Assembly (NCBI GenBank): GCA_950097015.1
Contig: CATNEN010000014.1
Span: 682,001-746,000 of the forward strand
Source of the DNA: Macrostomum hystrix
Taxonomy: Eukaryota; Animalia; Platyhelminthes
Direction: 5' to 3'
Length of the DNA: 64,000 nt
Shown in pieces: positions 25,915 to 38,881 of the stretch. A program made the translations under genes and the position numbers. The notes beneath the pieces are model-generated. The model did no database searches, was not told where the DNA came from, and worked only from the letters and a program-made list of their open reading frames with translations. Numbering within the stretch: position 1 is the stretch's first letter; every line of letters starts with the position of its first letter.

Positions 25915-28900
25915 CTAGCAAGTTTTGCCCCCCTTCGGGGAGCAGAAATACTTTTAATTCGTCTAGTATATACTTTTTAGCAGCTGAATTTACAGCTTTT
26001 TAAAGCTACAATGAACCCCCAGTTGACAATGATCCCCCAGTTGACAATGATCCCCCAGTTGACAATGAAACCCCAGTTAACAATGAACCCCCAGTTGACA
26101 ACGATCCCCCAGTTGACAATGATCCCCCATTTGACAATGATCCCCCAGTTGACAATGATCCCACAGTTGACAATGATCCCCCAGTTGACAAAGATCCCCC
26201 AGTTCACAATGATCACCCAGTTGATGATGATCCCCCAGTTGATGATGATCCCCCAGTTGAAAATGATCCCCCAGTTGACAATGATCCCCCAGTTGACAAT
26301 GATCCCACAGTTGACAATGATCCCCCAGTTGACAAAGATCCCCCAGTTCACAATGATCACCCAGTTGATGATGATCCCCCAGTTGATGATGATCCCCCAG
26401 TTGAAAATGATCCCCCAGTTGACAATGATCCCCCAGTTGACAATGATCCCCCAGTTGACAATGATCCCCCAGTTAACAAAGATCCCCCAGTTCACAATGA
26501 TCCCCCAGTTGATGAAGTCTCCCCATTGATGATGATCCCCCAGTTGAAAATGATCCCCCAGTTGACAATGATCCCCCAGTTGACAATGATCCCCCAGTTG
26601 ACAATGATCCCCCAGTTAACAAAGATCCCCCAGTTCACAATGATCCCCCAGTTGATGAAGTCTCCCCATTGATGATGATCCCCAGTTAACAATGTTCCCC
26701 CAGTTGACAATGATCCCCCAGTTGATGATGATCACCCAGTTGACAATGATCCCCCAGTTGACAATGATCCCCCAGTTGACAATGATCCCCCAGTTGACAA
26801 TGATCCCCCAGTTGATGATGATCCCCCAGTTGACAATGATCCCCCAGTTGAGAATGATCCCTCAGTTGACAATGATCCCCCAGTTAACAAAGATCCCGCC
26901 GGTTGACAATGATCCCACAGTTGACAATGAACCCCCAGTTGACAATGATCCCCCAGTTGATGATGATCCCCCAGTTGACAATGATCCCCCAGTTGACAAT
27001 GATCCCCCAGTTGACAATGAACCCCCAGTTGACAACGATCCCCCAGTTGACAATGATCCCCCAGTTGACAATGATCCCCCAGTTGACAATGATCCCCCAG
27101 TTAACAAAGATCCCCCAGTTCACAATGATCCCCCAGTTGACAATGAACCCCCAGTTGACAATGAACCCCCAGTTGACAAAGATCCCCCAGTTGACAATGA
27201 TCCCCCATTTGACAATGATCCCCCAGTTGACAATGATCCCCCAGTTGACAATGATCCCCCAGTTGACAATGATCCCCCAGTTGACAATGATCCCCCAGTC
27301 GACAATTATCCCCCAGTTTACCATGATCCCCCAGTTCACCATGATCCCCATTTTGATGATGACTCCCCAGTTGACGTTGATTTTTCAAACGCTGGGTTAG
27401 CCAAGATTCAAACTCAGGTTTCGCCATGTTTTAAACCCTGGTGGGCTATGATTCAAACTCTCGTTTTGCCATGATTCAGACTCTGGTTTAGCCAAGATTC
27501 AAACTCTGGTTGGCTATGATTCAAACTCTGGTTTAGCCATGATTCAAGCGCTGGGTTAGCCATGATTGAAACTTGGTTTTTGCCATGATTCAAACTCTGG
27601 TTTAGCCATGATTCAAACGCTGGGTTAGCCATGATTGAAACTCTGGTTTAGCCAAGATTCAAACTCTGGTTGGCTATGATTCAAAGTCTGGTTTAGCCAT
27701 GATTCAAACTCTGGTTTAGCCATGATTCAGACTCTGGTTTAGCCATGATTCAAACTCTGGTGTAGCCATTATTCAAACTCTGGTTTAGCCATGATTCAAA
27801 CTCTAGTTTAGCCATGCTGATGATGATGGTTTAGCCATGATTCAAACTCTAGTTTAGCCATGCTGATGATGATGGTTTAGCCATGATTTAGTCTCTGGTA
27901 TAGCCATGATTCAGACGCTGGTTTAGCCATGATTCAAACTCTGGTGTAGCCAATATTCAAACTCTGGTTTAGCCATGATTCAAACTCTGGTTTAGCCATG
28001 ATTCAGACTCTGGTTTAGCCATGATTCAGACGCTGGTTTAGCCATGATTGAAACTCTGGTTTAGCCATGATTCAGACTCTGGTTTAGCCATGATTCAGAC
28101 TCTGGTTAAGCCATGATTCAGACTCTGGTTTAGCCATGATTCAAACTCTGCTTTAGCCATGACTCAAACTCTGGTTTAGCCATGATTCGGACTCTGGTTT
28201 AGCCATGATTCAAACTCTGCTTTAGCCATGATTCAAACTCTGGTTTAGCCATGATTCAAACTCTGCTTTAGCCATGATTCAAACTCTGCTTTAGCCATGA
28301 TTCAGACGCTGGTTTAGGCATGATTCAAACTCTGGTTTAGCCATGATTCAGACGCTGGTTTAGCCATGCTGATGATGATGGTTTAGCCATGATTCAGACT
28401 CTGGTTTAGCCATGATTCAGACTCTGGTTTAGCCATGACTCAAACTCTGGTTTAGCCATGATTCAGACGCTGGTTTAGCCATGATTGAAACTCTGGTTTA
28501 GCCATGCTGATGATGATGGTTTAGCCATGATTCAGACTCTGGTTTAGCCATGATTCAAACTCTGGTGTAGCCAATATTCAAACTCTGGTTTAGCCATGAT
28601 TCAAACTCTAGTTTAGCCATGATTCAAGATCTGGTTTAGCCATGATTCAGACGCTGGTTTAGCCATGCTGATGATGATGGTTTAGCCATGATTCAAACTC
28701 TGGTTTAGCCATGATTCAAACGATGGTTTAGCCATGATTTAAACGATGGTTTAGCGATGATTCAAACGATGGTTTAGCCATGATTCAAACGATGGTTTAG
28801 CCATGATTCAAACTCTGGTTTTGCCATGATTCAAACGATGGTTTAGCCATGATTTAAACGATGGTTTAGCCATGATTTAAACGATGGTTTAGCCATGATT

Positions 28901-30935
28901 CAAACGATGGTTTAGCCATGATTTAAACGACGGTTTAGCCATGATTCAAACGATGGTTTAGCCATGATTCAAACGATGGTTTAGCCATGATTCAAACGAT
29001 GGTTTTGCCATGATTCAAACTCTGGTTTAGCCATGATTCAAACTCTGGTTTAGCCATGATTCAAACGATGGTTTAGCAATGATTCAAACGATGGTTTAGC
29101 CATGATTCAAACGATGGTTTAGCCATGATTCAAACAATTGTTTAGCCATGATTCAAGATCTGGTTTAGCCATGATTTAAACTCTGGTTTAGCCATGATTC
29201 AAGCTCTGGTTTTGCCATGATCCAAACTCTGGTTTAGCCATGATTTAAACGATGGTTTAGCCATGATTCAAACGATGGTTTAGCCATGATTCAAACGATG
29301 GTTTAGCCATGATTCAAACTCTGGTTTTGCCATGATTCAAACGATGGTTTAGCCATGATTCAAACTCTGGTTTAGCCATGATTCAAACTCTAGTTTAGCC
29401 ATGATTCAAGATCTGGTTTAGCCATGATTCAAACTCTGGTGTAGCCATTATTCAAACTCTGGTTTAGCCATGATTCAAACTCTAGTTTAGCCATGCTGAT
29501 GATGATGGTTTAGCCATGATTCAAACTCTAGTTTAGCCATGCTGATGATGATGGTTTAGCCATGATTTAGTCTCTGGTTTAGCCATGATTCAAACTCTGG
29601 TTTAGCCATGATTCAGACGCTGGTTTAGCCATGATTCAAACTCTGGTGTTGCCAATATTCAAACTCTGGTTTAGCCATGATTCAAACTCTGGTTAAGCCA
29701 TGATTCAGACGCTGGTTTAGCCATGATTCAGACGCTGGTTTAGCCATGATTCAAACTCTGGTTTAGCCATGATTCAGACTCTGGTTTAGCCATGATTCAG
29801 ACTCTAGTTTAGCCATGATTCAGACTCTGGTTTAGCCATGATTCAGACTCTGGTTTAGCCATGATTCAGACGCTGGTTTAGCCATGATTCAGACTCTGGT
29901 TTAGCCATGATTCAAACTCTGGTTTAGCAATGATTCAGACTATGGTTTAGCCATGATTCAGACTCTAGGTTAGCCATGATTCAAACTCTGGTTTAGCCAT
30001 GATTCAGACTCTGGTTTAGCCATGACTCAAACTCTGGTTTAGCCATGATTCAAACTCTGGTTTAGCCATGATTCAAACTCTGGTTTAGCCATGATTCAAA
30101 CTCTGGTTTAGCCATGATTCAAACTCTGGTTAAGCCATGATTCAGACTCTGGTTTAGCCATGATTCAAACTCTGCTTTAGCCATGATTCAGACGCTGGTT
30201 TAGCCATGATTCAGACTCTGGTTTAGCCATGATTCAAACTCTGGTTTAGCAATGATTCAGACTCTGGTTTAGCCATGATTCAGACGCTGGTTTAGCCATG
30301 ATTCAAGCTCTATTTTTGCCATGATTCAAATTCAGGTTTGCTATGATTTATGATATTTTATTTACGAAATGAAAAAAATAAATCAAAATAATCTTCAATC
30401 ACTACTGGCTGAAAATTAGTCTAAATGATTTGACGCAGTGCAGAATCGAACCCTAGCCTAGCCTAACTTATTCCTAGTGCCTAACACATCGGCTATTCCG
30501 ACTGTTGGTTAGTGGGTGCAGAAATCAGCCTTATAAAATGAATTCTCAAAGTTCTGGCTTTGTACAATGAAGTAAGAAAATAGAGTACACTCAGTCTCGC
30601 GGTTGGTTGTGTACATTTATTTCCAATTTGTCTCCAGAGTGCAGGCTTCAAATTCAATCAGCTAGGGGTTGTTGCGCAATTTGACGATGCAATTCTAATT
30701 CAGTGGCAGTGAGTGGTTTGACCTTTGAATTTGACCTTTGAAAAATCATGTTTTTCGAATATTTAATCCCTTTAGCAATAAAGTTAAGCTTAATAAAAAT
30801 ACGTGTAAAATTGTCCCCATATTTGGCATCTTTTGGTGAAGAAATGGTGAAAATTGGTTGAGCCGTTCGGGAGAAAATCAGTTACAAGCAACCAAGCAAG
30901 CAAGCAAGCAAGCATTTCATTTTTAGTATAGTGGA
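25915..30935 (-). mobile_element. Helitron unit 6 (5021 bp, copy of unit 4)
   Basis: Same ends and ORF-track pattern as unit 4 at +8710. Confidence 0.85.
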
Positions 30936-33900
30936 CTAGCAAGTTTTGCCCCCCTTCGGGGAGCAGAAATACTTTTAATTCGTCTATAATATACTTTTTA
31001 GCAGCTGAATTTACAGCTTTTTAATTCTACATTGATCCCCCAGTTGACAATGATCCCCCAGTTGACAATGATCCCCCAGTTGACAACGATCACCCAGTTG
31101 ACAATGATCCCCCATTTGACAATGATCCCCCAGTTGACAATGATCCCACAGTTGACAATGATCCCCCAGTTCACAATGATCACCCAGTTGATGATGATCC
31201 CCCAGTTGATGATGATCCCCCAGTTGAAAATGATCCCCCAGTTGACAATGATCCCCCAGTTGACAATGATCCCACAGTTGACAATGATCCCCCAGTTGAC
31301 AAAGATCCCCCAGTTCACAATGATCACCCAGTTGATGATGATCCCCCAGTTGATGATGATCCCCCAGTTGAAAATGATCCCCCAGTTGACAATGATCCCC
31401 CAGTTGACAATGATCCCCCAGTTGACAATGATCCCCCAGTTAACAAAGATCCCCCAGTTGACAATGATCCCCCAGTTGACAATGATCCCCCAGTTGACAA
31501 TGATCCCCCAGTTGATGATGATCCCCCAGTTGAAAATGATCCCCCAGTTGACAATGATCCCCCAGTTGAGAATGATCCCCCAGTTGACAATGATCCCCCA
31601 GTTGATGAAGTCTCCCCATTGATGATGATCCCTAGTTAACAATGTTCCTCCAGTTGACAATGTTCCCCCAGTTGACAATGATCCCCCAGTTGACAATGAT
31701 CCACCAGTTGACAATGATCCCGCCGGTTGACAATGATCCCACAGTTGACAACGATCCCCCAGTTGACAATGATCCCCCAGTTGACAATGATCCCACAGTG
31801 GACAATGATCCCCCAGTTGACAAAGATCCCCCAGTTCCCAATGATCACCCAGTTGATGATGATCCCCCAGTTGATGATGATCCCCCAGTTGAAAATGATC
31901 CCCCAGTTGACAATGATCCCCCAGTTGACAAAGATCCCCCAGTTCACAATTATCACCCAGTTGATGATGATCCCCCAGTTGACAATGATCCCCCAGTTGA
32001 CAATGATCCCCCAGTTGACAATGATCCCCCAGTTAACAAAGATCCCCCAGTTCACAATGATCCCCCAGTTGATGAAGTCTCCCCATTGATGATGATCCCC
32101 AGTTAACAATGTTCCTCCAGTTGACAATGTTCCCCCAGTTGACAACGATCCCCCAGTTGATGATGATCACCCAGTTGACAATGATCCCCCAGTTGACAAT
32201 GATCCCCCAGTTGACAATGATCCCCCAGTTGACAATGATCCCCCATTTGACAATGATCACCCAGTTGACAATGATCCCCCAGTTGACAATGATCCCCCAG
32301 TTGACAATGATCCCCCAGTTGACAATGATCCCGCCGGTTGACAATGATCCCACAGTTGACAATGAACCCCCAGTTGACAATGATCCCCCAGTTGATGATG
32401 ATCCCCCAGTTGACAATGATCCCCCAGTTGACAATGATCCCCCAGTTGACAATGAACCCCCAGTTGACAACGATCCCCCAGTTGACAATGATCCCCCAGT
32501 TGACAATGATCCCCCAGTTGACAATGATCCCACAGTATACAATGATCCCCCAGTTGACAAAGATCCCCCAGTTCACAATGATCCCCCAGTTGACAAAGAT
32601 CCCCCAGTTCTCAATGATCCCCCAGTTGATGATGATCCCCAGTTGATGACGATTCCCCAGTTGACAACTATCCCCCAGTTGACCATTACCCCCCAGTTGA
32701 CAATGATCTCTCAGTTCACAATGATCCCCCAGTTGACAATGATCCCCCAGTTGACAATGAACCCCCAGTTGACAATGAACCCCCAGTTGACAAAGATCCC
32801 CCAGTTGACAATGATCCCCCATTTGACAATGATCCCCCAGTTGACAATGATCCCCCAGTTGACAATGATCCCCCAGTTGACAATGATCCCCCAGTTGACA
32901 ATGATCCCCCAGTTGACAATGATCCCCCAGTCGACAATTATCCCCCAGTTTACCATGATCCCCCAGTTCACCATGATCCCCATTTTGATGATGACTCCCC
33001 AGTTGACGTTGATTTTTCAAACGCTGGGTTAGCCAAGATTCAAACTCAGGTTTCGCCATGTTTTAAACCCTGGTGGGCTATGATTCAAACTCTCGTTTTG
33101 CCATGATTCAAACTCTGGTTTAGCCAAGATTCAAACTCTGGTTGGCTATGATTCAAACTCTGGTTTAGCCATGATTCAAACGCTGGGTTAGCCATGATTG
33201 AAACTCGGTTTTTGCCATGATTCAAACTCTGGTTTAGCCAAGATTCAAACTCTGGTTGGCTATGATTCAAACTCTGGTTTAGCCATGATTCAGACTCTGG
33301 TTTAGCCATGATTCAAACTCTGGTTTAGCCATGATTCAGACTCTGGTTTAGCCATGATTCAAACTCTGGTGTAGCCATTATTCAAACTCTGGTTTAGCCA
33401 TGATTCAAACTCTAGTTTAGCCATGCTGATGATGATGGTTTAGCCATGATTCAAACTCTGGTTTAGCCATGATTTAGTCTCTGGTTTAGCCATGATTCAA
33501 ACTCTAGTTTAGCCATGCTGATGATGATGGTTTAGCCATGATTCAAACGCTGGTTCAGCCATGATTTAGTCTCTGGTTTAGCCATGATTCAAACTCTGGT
33601 TTAGCCATGATTCAGACGCTGGTTTAGCCATGATTGAAACTCTGGTTTAGCCATGATTCAGACGCTGGTTTAGCCATGATTGAAACTCTGGTTTAGCCAT
33701 GATTCAGACTCTGGTTTAGCCATGATTCAGACGCTGGTTTAGCCATGATTCGGACGCTGGTTTAGCCATGATTGAAACTCTGGTTTTGCCATGATTCAGA
33801 CTCTGGTTTAGCCATGATTCACACTCTGGTTTAGCCATGGTTCAAACTCTGGTTTAGCCATGATTCAGACTCTAGTTTAGCCATGATTCAGACTCTGGTT

Positions 33901-34624
33901 TAGCCATGATTCAGACTCTATTTTAGCCATGATTCAGACTCTAGTTTAGCCACGATTCAGACTCTGGTTTAGCCATGATTCAAACTCTATTTTTGCAATG
34001 ATTCAAACTCAGGTGTGCTATGATTTATGATATTTTATTTACGAAATGAAAAAAATAAATTAAAATAGTCTTCAATCACTACTGGCTGAAAATTAGTCTA
34101 AAATGATTTGACGCAGTGCAGAATCGAACCCTAGCCTAGCCTATAACCTATTCCTAGTGCCTACACATCGGCTATTCCGACTGTTGGTTAGTGGGTGCAA
34201 AAATCAGCCTTATAAAATGAATTCTCAAAGTTCTGGCTTTGTACAATGAAGTGAGAAAATAGAGTACACTCAGTCTCGCGGTTGGTTGTGTACATTTATT
34301 TCCAATTTGTCTCCAGAGTGCAGGCTTTAAATTCAATCAGCTAGGGGTTGTTGCGCAATTTGACGATGCAATTCTAATTCAGTGGCAGTGAGTGAAATTC
34401 TCAATAGTCTAAGATGGTTTGACCTTTGAAAAAATCATGTTTTTCGAATATTTAATCCTCTTAGCAATAAAGTTCAGCTTAATAAAAATACGTGTAAAAT
34501 TGTCCCCATATTTGGCATCTTTTGGTGAAGAAATGGTGAAAATCGGTTGAGCCGTTCGGGAGAAAATCAATTACAAGCAAGCAACCAACCAACCAACCAA
34601 CCATTTCATTTTTAGTATAGTGGA
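30936..34624 (-). mobile_element. Helitron unit 7 (3689 bp, copy of unit 3)
   Basis: Same ends and ORF-track pattern as unit 3 at +17420. Confidence 0.85.
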
Positions 34625-37600
34625 CTAGCAAGTTTTGCCCCCCTTCGGGGAGCAGAAATACTTTTAATTCGTCTAGTATATACTTTTTAGCAGCTGAATT
34701 TACAGCTTTTTAAAGCTACAATGAACCCCCAGTTGACAATGATCCCCCAGTTGACAATGATCCCCCAGTTGACAATGAAACCCCAGTTAACAATGAACCC
34801 CCAGTTGACAACGATCCCCCAGTTGACAATGATCCCCCATTTGACAATGATCCCCCAGTTGACAATGATCCCACAGTTGACAATGATCCCCCAGTTGACA
34901 AAGATCCCCCAGTTCACAATGATCACCCAGTTGATGATGATCCCCCAGTTGATGATGATCCCCCAGTTGAAAATGATCCCCCAGTTGACAATGATCCCCC
35001 AGTTGACAATGATCCCACAGTTGACAATGATCCCCCAGTTGACAAAGATCCCCCAGTTCACAATGATCACCCAGTTGATGATGATCCCCCAGTTGATGAT
35101 GATCCCCCAGTTGAAAATGATCCCCCAGTTGACAATGATCCCCCAGTTGACAATGATCCCCCAGTTGACAATGATCCCCCAGTTAACAAAGATCCCCCAG
35201 TTCACAATGATCCCCCAGTTGATGAAGTCTCCCCATTGATGATGATCCCCCAGTTGAAAATGATCCCCCAGTTGACAATGATCCCCCAGTTGACAATGAT
35301 CCCCCAGTTGACAATGATCCCCCAGTTAACAAAGATCCCCCAGTTCACAATGATCCCCCAGTTGATGAAGTCTCCCCATTGATGATGATCCCCAGTTAAC
35401 AATGTTCCCCCAGTTGACAATGATCCCCCAGTTGATGATGATCACCCAGTTGACAATGATCCCCCAGTTGACAATGATCCCCCAGTTGACAATGATCCCC
35501 CAGTTGACAATGATCCCCCAGTTGATGATGATCCCCCAGTTGACAATGATCCCCCAGTTGAGAATGATCCCTCAGTTGACAATGATCCCCCAGTTAACAA
35601 AGATCCCGCCGGTTGACAATGATCCCACAGTTGACAATGAACCCCCAGTTGACAATGATCCCCCAGTTGATGATGATCCCCCAGTTGACAATGATCCCCC
35701 AGTTGACAATGATCCCCCAGTTGACAATGAACCCCCAGTTGACAACGATCCCCCAGTTGACAATGATCCCCCAGTTGACAATGATCCCCCAGTTGACAAT
35801 GATCCCCCAGTTAACAAAGATCCCCCAGTTCACAATGATCCCCCAGTTGACAATGAACCCCCAGTTGACAATGAACCCCCAGTTGACAAAGATCCCCCAG
35901 TTGACAATGATCCCCCATTTGACAATGATCCCCCAGTTGACAATGATCCCCCAGTTGACAATGATCCCCCAGTTGACAATGATCCCCCAGTTGACAATGA
36001 TCCCCCAGTCGACAATTATCCCCCAGTTTACCATGATCCCCCAGTTCACCATGATCCCCATTTTGATGATGACTCCCCAGTTGACGTTGATTTTTCAAAC
36101 GCTGGGTTAGCCAAGATTCAAACTCAGGTTTCGCCATGTTTTAAACCCTGGTGGGCTATGATTCAAACTCTCGTTTTGCCATGATTCAGACTCTGGTTTA
36201 GCCAAGATTCAAACTCTGGTTGGCTATGATTCAAACTCTGGTTTAGCCATGATTCAAGCGCTGGGTTAGCCATGATTGAAACTTGGTTTTTGCCATGATT
36301 CAAACTCTGGTTTAGCCATGATTCAAACGCTGGGTTAGCCATGATTGAAACTCTGGTTTAGCCAAGATTCAAACTCTGGTTGGCTATGATTCAAAGTCTG
36401 GTTTAGCCATGATTCAAACTCTGGTTTAGCCATGATTCAGACTCTGGTTTAGCCATGATTCAAACTCTGGTGTAGCCATTATTCAAACTCTGGTTTAGCC
36501 ATGATTCAAACTCTAGTTTAGCCATGCTGATGATGATGGTTTAGCCATGATTCAAACTCTAGTTTAGCCATGCTGATGATGATGGTTTAGCCATGATTTA
36601 GTCTCTGGTATAGCCATGATTCAGACGCTGGTTTAGCCATGATTCAAACTCTGGTGTAGCCAATATTCAAACTCTGGTTTAGCCATGATTCAAACTCTGG
36701 TTTAGCCATGATTCAGACTCTGGTTTAGCCATGATTCAGACGCTGGTTTAGCCATGATTGAAACTCTGGTTTAGCCATGATTCAGACTCTGGTTTAGCCA
36801 TGATTCAGACTCTGGTTAAGCCATGATTCAGACTCTGGTTTAGCCATGATTCAAACTCTGCTTTAGCCATGACTCAAACTCTGGTTTAGCCATGATTCGG
36901 ACTCTGGTTTAGCCATGATTCAAACTCTGCTTTAGCCATGATTCAAACTCTGGTTTAGCCATGATTCAAACTCTGCTTTAGCCATGATTCAAACTCTGCT
37001 TTAGCCATGATTCAGACGCTGGTTTAGGCATGATTCAAACTCTGGTTTAGCCATGATTCAGACGCTGGTTTAGCCATGCTGATGATGATGGTTTAGCCAT
37101 GATTCAGACTCTGGTTTAGCCATGATTCAGACTCTGGTTTAGCCATGACTCAAACTCTGGTTTAGCCATGATTCAGACGCTGGTTTAGCCATGATTGAAA
37201 CTCTGGTTTAGCCATGCTGATGATGATGGTTTAGCCATGATTCAGACTCTGGTTTAGCCATGATTCAAACTCTGGTGTAGCCAATATTCAAACTCTGGTT
37301 TAGCCATGATTCAAACTCTAGTTTAGCCATGATTCAAGATCTGGTTTAGCCATGATTCAGACGCTGGTTTAGCCATGCTGATGATGATGGTTTAGCCATG
37401 ATTCAAACTCTGGTTTAGCCATGATTCAAACGATGGTTTAGCCATGATTTAAACGATGGTTTAGCGATGATTCAAACGATGGTTTAGCCATGATTCAAAC
37501 GATGGTTTAGCCATGATTCAAACTCTGGTTTTGCCATGATTCAAACGATGGTTTAGCCATGATTTAAACGATGGTTTAGCCATGATTTAAACGATGGTTT

Positions 37601-38821
37601 AGCCATGATTCAAACGATGGTTTAGCCATGATTTAAACGACGGTTTAGCCATGATTCAAACGATGGTTTAGCCATGATTCAAACGATGGTTTAGCCATGA
37701 TTCAAACGATGGTTTTGCCATGATTCAAACTCTGGTTTAGCCATGATTCAAACTCTGGTTTAGCCATGATTCAAACGATGGTTTAGCAATGATTCAAACG
37801 ATGGTTTAGCCATGATTCAAACGATGGTTTAGCCATGATTCAAACAATTGTTTAGCCATGATTCAAGATCTGGTTTAGCCATGATTTAAACTCTGGTTTA
37901 GCCATGATTCAAGCTCTGGTTTTGCCATGATCCAAACTCTGGTTTAGCCATGATTTAAACGATGGTTTAGCCATGATTCAAACGATGGTTTAGCCATGAT
38001 TCAAACGATGGTTTAGCCATGATTCAAACTCTGGTTTTGCCATGATTCAAACGATGGTTTAGCCATGATTCAAACTCTGGTTTAGCCATGATTCAAACTC
38101 TGGTTTAGCCATGATTTAAACGATGGTTTAGCCATGATTCAAACTCTGGTTTTGCCATGATTCAAACGATGGTTTAGCCATGATTCAAACGATGGTTTAG
38201 CCATGATTCAAACTCTGGTTTAGCCATGATTCAGACTCTATTGTTGCAATGATTCAAACTCAGGTTTGCTATGATTTATGATATTTTATTTACGAAATGA
38301 AAAAAATAAATCAAAATAATCTTCAATCACTACTGGCTGAAAATTAGTCTAAATGATTTGACGCAGTGCAGAATCGAACCCTAGCCATGCCTAACTTATT
38401 CCTAGTGCCTAACACATCGGCTATTCCGACTGTTGGTTAGCGGGTGCAGAAATCAGCCTTATAAAATGAATTCTCAAAGTTCTGGCTTTGTACAATGAAG
38501 TAAGAAAATAGAGTACACTCAGTCTCGCGGTTGGTTGTGTACATTTATTTCCAATTTGTCTCCAGAGTGCAGGCTTCAAATTCAATCAGCTTGGGGTTGT
38601 TGCGCAATTTGACGATGCAATTTCAATTCAGTGGCAGTGAGTAAAATTCTCAATAGGCCAAGATGGTTTGACCTTTGAAAAAATCATGTTTTTCGAATAT
38701 TTAATCCTCTTAGCAATAAAGTTAAGCTTAATAAAAATACGTGTAAAATTGTCCCCATATTTGGCATCTTTTGGTGAAGAAATGGTGAAAATCGGTTGAG
38801 CCGTTCGGGAGAAAATCAATT

Positions 38822-38853
<32 letters not shown>

Positions 38854-38881
38854 CCAAGCATTTCATTTTTAGTATAGTGGA
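34625..38881 (-). mobile_element. Helitron unit 8 (4257 bp): 18-bp array ~34719-36085, 23-bp array ~36086-38277
   Basis: Complete ends; own variant of the 5' region and microsatellite (38821-38860). Confidence 0.85.

Larger units (their letters stand above)
11944..38101. repeat. 8710-bp higher-order repeat, 3 copies
   Basis: ORF track repeats at exact +8710 offsets (13578/22288/30998; 17267/25977/34687); similarity breaks near 11944 and 38102, both inside 23-bp arrays. Confidence 0.9.

Noticed and set aside
2029-38277. CRISPR-like look of the 23-bp repeats
   Set aside because: Monomers are contiguous with no unique spacers, there are no cas genes, and the context is eukaryotic.
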